In this document: positions 1 through 1,081 of the stretch, piece after piece
How the letters are laid out: each line of letters opens with the position of its first letter
How positions within the stretch are numbered: position 1 is the stretch's first letter
Source of the DNA: Naegleria gruberi
Taxonomy: Eukaryota
Length of the DNA stretch: 1,081 bases
Direction: 5' to 3' (one strand)
Assembly (NCBI GenBank): GCA_000004985.1
Contig: GG739573.1
The notes under the pieces: generated by a model
The model's input: the letters and a program-made list of their open reading frames with translations, nothing else
Told to the model about the DNA's origin: nothing
Databases searched by the model: none
Program-made: the position numbers and the translations under genes

Positions 1-94
1 TCTTTTTAATGTTGTTAAGGAGAGCGAATGACTGTGGGGCAGAACCTTTAGAAAATATAAATTGTAATATTTATTAACGTCTCTTGTATCGTAA

Positions 95-114
95 AGACCT
101 GAGAGACGAGGTCT
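95..114. other. Short hairpin AGACCT-gagagacg-AGGTCT. The loop segment AGAGACG (102-108) is also complementary to CGTCTCT (78-84), giving two mutually exclusive pairings
   Basis: Direct reverse-complement check of both pairs. The stems are only 6 and 7 bp, which is within chance expectation. Confidence 0.25.
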
Positions 115-183
115 ACAACCAGTACGTTTCGGATCAGCGTTTAAGTGTTATGGGTTGACGCTAAGTGGTTGGTTAGACTGGGC

Positions 184-200
184 CTGCCTGTGGTAGGCAG
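184..200. other. Short GC-rich hairpin CTGCCT-gtggt-AGGCAG inside a locally G-rich block (about 45-52% GC at 121-240)
   Basis: Direct reverse-complement check. The surrounding sequence holds the GGTTGGTT repeat at 168-174 and GCTAAGTGG at 160-168. Confidence 0.25.
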
Positions 201-383
201 AGAGGTATTTCCTGTTAATAGTGAAGCTTGCATTGGGACGGTAGTACCACACTGAGTTCTTGTACAAATAAATAGCTAGTGCTTTGTAGACTTCTAGGGC
301 CACATTCTTAGGTAGTCTTTTGCGCAGTACTAAACATGAATTGTTAGGAGGTATAGTATACTTCAAAAAGGTAAAAAGGCATG

Positions 384-400
384 GGTGGAGTTTCGCCACC
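384..400. other. Short GC hairpin GGTGG-agtttcg-CCACC
   Basis: Direct reverse-complement check. On the minus strand it is followed after 6 nt by cctttttacctttttg (T-rich). Confidence 0.25.
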
Positions 401-703
401 AACACTTCAGAGAAATGAGCTGATCGTGATGTTAGAATTACACTACATGCCTCAAATACAATAAAATTTCATATGCTATCTAACCTTCATTTTGTTTTAA
501 ATGTTCACTTCATTATGGTATTATTCTTTTTTTAAACTACTCTGAAATGGAAGATTCAAAACACTACTGATGTCAAATGTACTTCAAGTTCCAAAATACC
601 ATGACATGAATCACTCAAAGTTTACAATAAACCGAAAAATACATTGGTGAAGAAAGCTCATGGCGAGATTCAACATTAGTTTCCATTTCTTAAGAAATGA
701 ACT

Positions 704-709
704 TTTATT
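704..709 (-). promoter_or_regulatory. Possible poly(A) signal (AATAAA on the minus strand, seen as TTTATT on plus) about 140 nt downstream of the candidate stop
   Basis: Minus-strand sequence reads ...aaaaattAATAAAagttcatttcttaagaaatggaaactaatgttgaat..., with a GU-containing (tgttg) stretch 30-40 nt downstream. AATAAA hexamers are frequent by chance in AT-rich DNA. Confidence 0.2.
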
Positions 710-837
710 AATTTTTAAATTTCCAAACCACAACCCAAGTTCACTTTGGCCACACAACAAAAACCAATAAATCCACAGCCATGTGTCCACTCCTATAACT
801 TCATCCTCTCTGTGTTATCTCAAACACAAAAAGAACT

Positions 838-877
838 GAGGGTCCTCAAAGTTGAGGACTCTTCTGTTTTTTATTTT
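838..877. other. Perfect inverted repeat forming a hairpin, flanked by an A-run upstream and T-runs downstream (terminator-like geometry, function unknown)
   Basis: Arms GTCCTCAA (842-849) and TTGAGGAC (852-859) are separated by 2 nt. The stem can extend with G-C, A-T and G.T pairs to 838-863. Downstream lies ctgTTTTTTaTTTT (864-877). Upstream on plus is caaacacaaaaagaac, which reads as a T-rich stretch on the minus strand. The candidate minus-strand stop codon (846-848) lies inside the 5' arm. Confidence 0.3.
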
Positions 878-1010
878 CACTGTTCATGCAGTCAAAGACT
901 GCAGCGGGATAGTCGTCATATTCCTGGCAGGCTTCCCGTTTCGTTTTGTAATTGAAATCATTATTCGAACAGCTTGACAATTCTTTTGACAAAAGTTCAA
1001 AAAAGAATAT
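846..1010 (-). CDS. Candidate 3'-terminal coding exon fragment (54 codons plus TGA stop, no ATG): IFFFELLSKELSSCSNNDFNYKTKREACQEYDDYPAAVFDCMNSENKKQKSPQL*
   Basis: Hand translation of the minus strand. The frame is open from the TAG/AG at plus 1011-1013 down to the TGA at plus 846-848. It has no in-frame ATG, so it would need to be an internal or terminal exon. Upstream on the minus strand is a branch-point-like CTTAC (plus 1027-1032 as ACTTAC) and a moderately pyrimidine-rich stretch ending in AG. Downstream is UTR-like GU-rich sequence and an AATAAA. I do not recognise the peptide. A 54-codon ORF can arise by chance in 1 kb of AT-rich DNA. Confidence 0.2.
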   Translation of the reverse strand: MFFFELLSKELSSCSNNDFNYKTKREACQEYDDYPAAVFDCMNSENKKQKSPQL

Positions 1011-1081
1011 CTATTGGTTAGCGCAAGTAAGTGCTTTTAATTAAGGCCATCTAAGGAAAGATTTTCATCATGTATGTAATC

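Noticed and set aside
78-114. H-type pseudoknot from stems 78-84/102-108 and 95-100/109-114
   Set aside because: The topology is right, but loop 3 would be 0 nt and cannot span a 7-bp stem. The two helices can only form alternatively, not simultaneously.
150-260. tRNA gene
   Set aside because: The A-box-like GCTAAGTGG and an anticodon-arm-like stem (CTGCC/GGCAG with a 7-nt loop) exist. However, the spacing between the D-arm and anticodon arm is wrong, loop positions 33 and 37 are non-canonical, and there is no T-arm or B-box and no acceptor stem.
316-331. 10-nt identity TTTGCGCAGT to the 5' end of U4 snRNA, and ACTTACTTG (minus strand at 1024-1032) resembling the U1 snRNA 5' end
   Set aside because: The flanking sequence does not continue either snRNA. 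The U1-like match is simply the complement of the GTAAGT donor hexamer. Short matches to some known RNA are expected by chance.
351-361. Perfect 11-bp palindrome GTATAgTATAC, and a 9-bp inverted repeat pair GAAATGGAA (545-553) / TTCCATTTC (681-689)
   Set aside because: Both are within chance expectation for 1 kb of AT-rich DNA. There are no flanking target-site duplications or terminal inverted repeat structure to suggest a transposon.
148-405. 85-aa minus-strand ORF from the track (MLVAKLHPCLFTF...)
   Set aside because: It starts with GTG, not ATG, and has no in-frame ATG at all. There is no ribosome-binding site upstream. Its composition (L/K/Y/N-rich) is what AT-rich non-coding DNA gives when translated. 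I recognise no motif or family.
417-546. C/D box snoRNA (GTGATGT at about 431-437, CTGA at about 543-546). On the minus strand, ATGATGA corresponds to plus 1055-1061
   Set aside because: The C-box is imperfect. There is no terminal stem pairing the 5' and 3' ends. No D box lies within range of the minus-strand C-box-like motif.
746-955. 69-aa plus-strand ORF from the track (MATQQKPINPQPCVHSYNF...)
   Set aside because: It has no recognisable domain and runs straight through the 838-863 hairpin and T-runs. It is antisense to the somewhat more gene-like minus-strand frame and is most likely a chance ORF.
975-1012. Sigma70 promoter (TTGACA at 975-980 and 987-992)
   Set aside because: No acceptable -10 hexamer lies at 16-18 bp spacing (tcaaaa, aatatc, gaatat). 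The overall sequence is not gene-dense like a bacterial region.
1-1081. CRISPR array, rRNA, mobile element termini or tandem satellite
   Set aside because: There are no regularly spaced direct repeats, no rRNA-like conserved blocks I recognise, and no terminal inverted repeats at the window edges or internally.

Overview
This 1081-bp window is AT-rich (about 36% GC by hand count) and has no convincing long open reading frame. CpG is mildly depleted (about 20 CpG against about 33 GpC). A long A/CA-rich low-complexity tract lies at 420-780, and several AATAAA/ATTTA motifs are present. Together this looks more like eukaryotic, possibly vertebrate or teleost-like, non-coding or gene-end DNA than a gene-dense prokaryotic region. 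I cannot establish the organism from the sequence alone. Both ORFs in the supplied track (85 aa on the minus strand, 69 aa on the plus strand) look spurious. The 85-aa ORF has no ATG and is only called because its first GTG was read as a start codon. The most gene-like signal is a 54-codon minus-strand ORF at 846-1010. It is below the track threshold, has no ATG, is immediately preceded by an AG acceptor-like context, and ends in TGA. It is followed by about 160 nt of UTR-like GU-rich sequence and a minus-strand AATAAA at 704-709. This pattern fits the 3'-terminal exon and 3'UTR of a spliced gene, at low confidence. Several short perfect inverted repeats (hairpins) are directly visible at 95-114, 184-200, 384-400 and 838-863. 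The last sits on the candidate stop codon and is flanked by A-runs upstream and T-runs downstream, which is an intrinsic-terminator-like layout that is probably coincidental in a eukaryotic context. I recognise no rRNA, tRNA, CRISPR array or mobile-element terminus. Nothing here supports calling a novel biological system.
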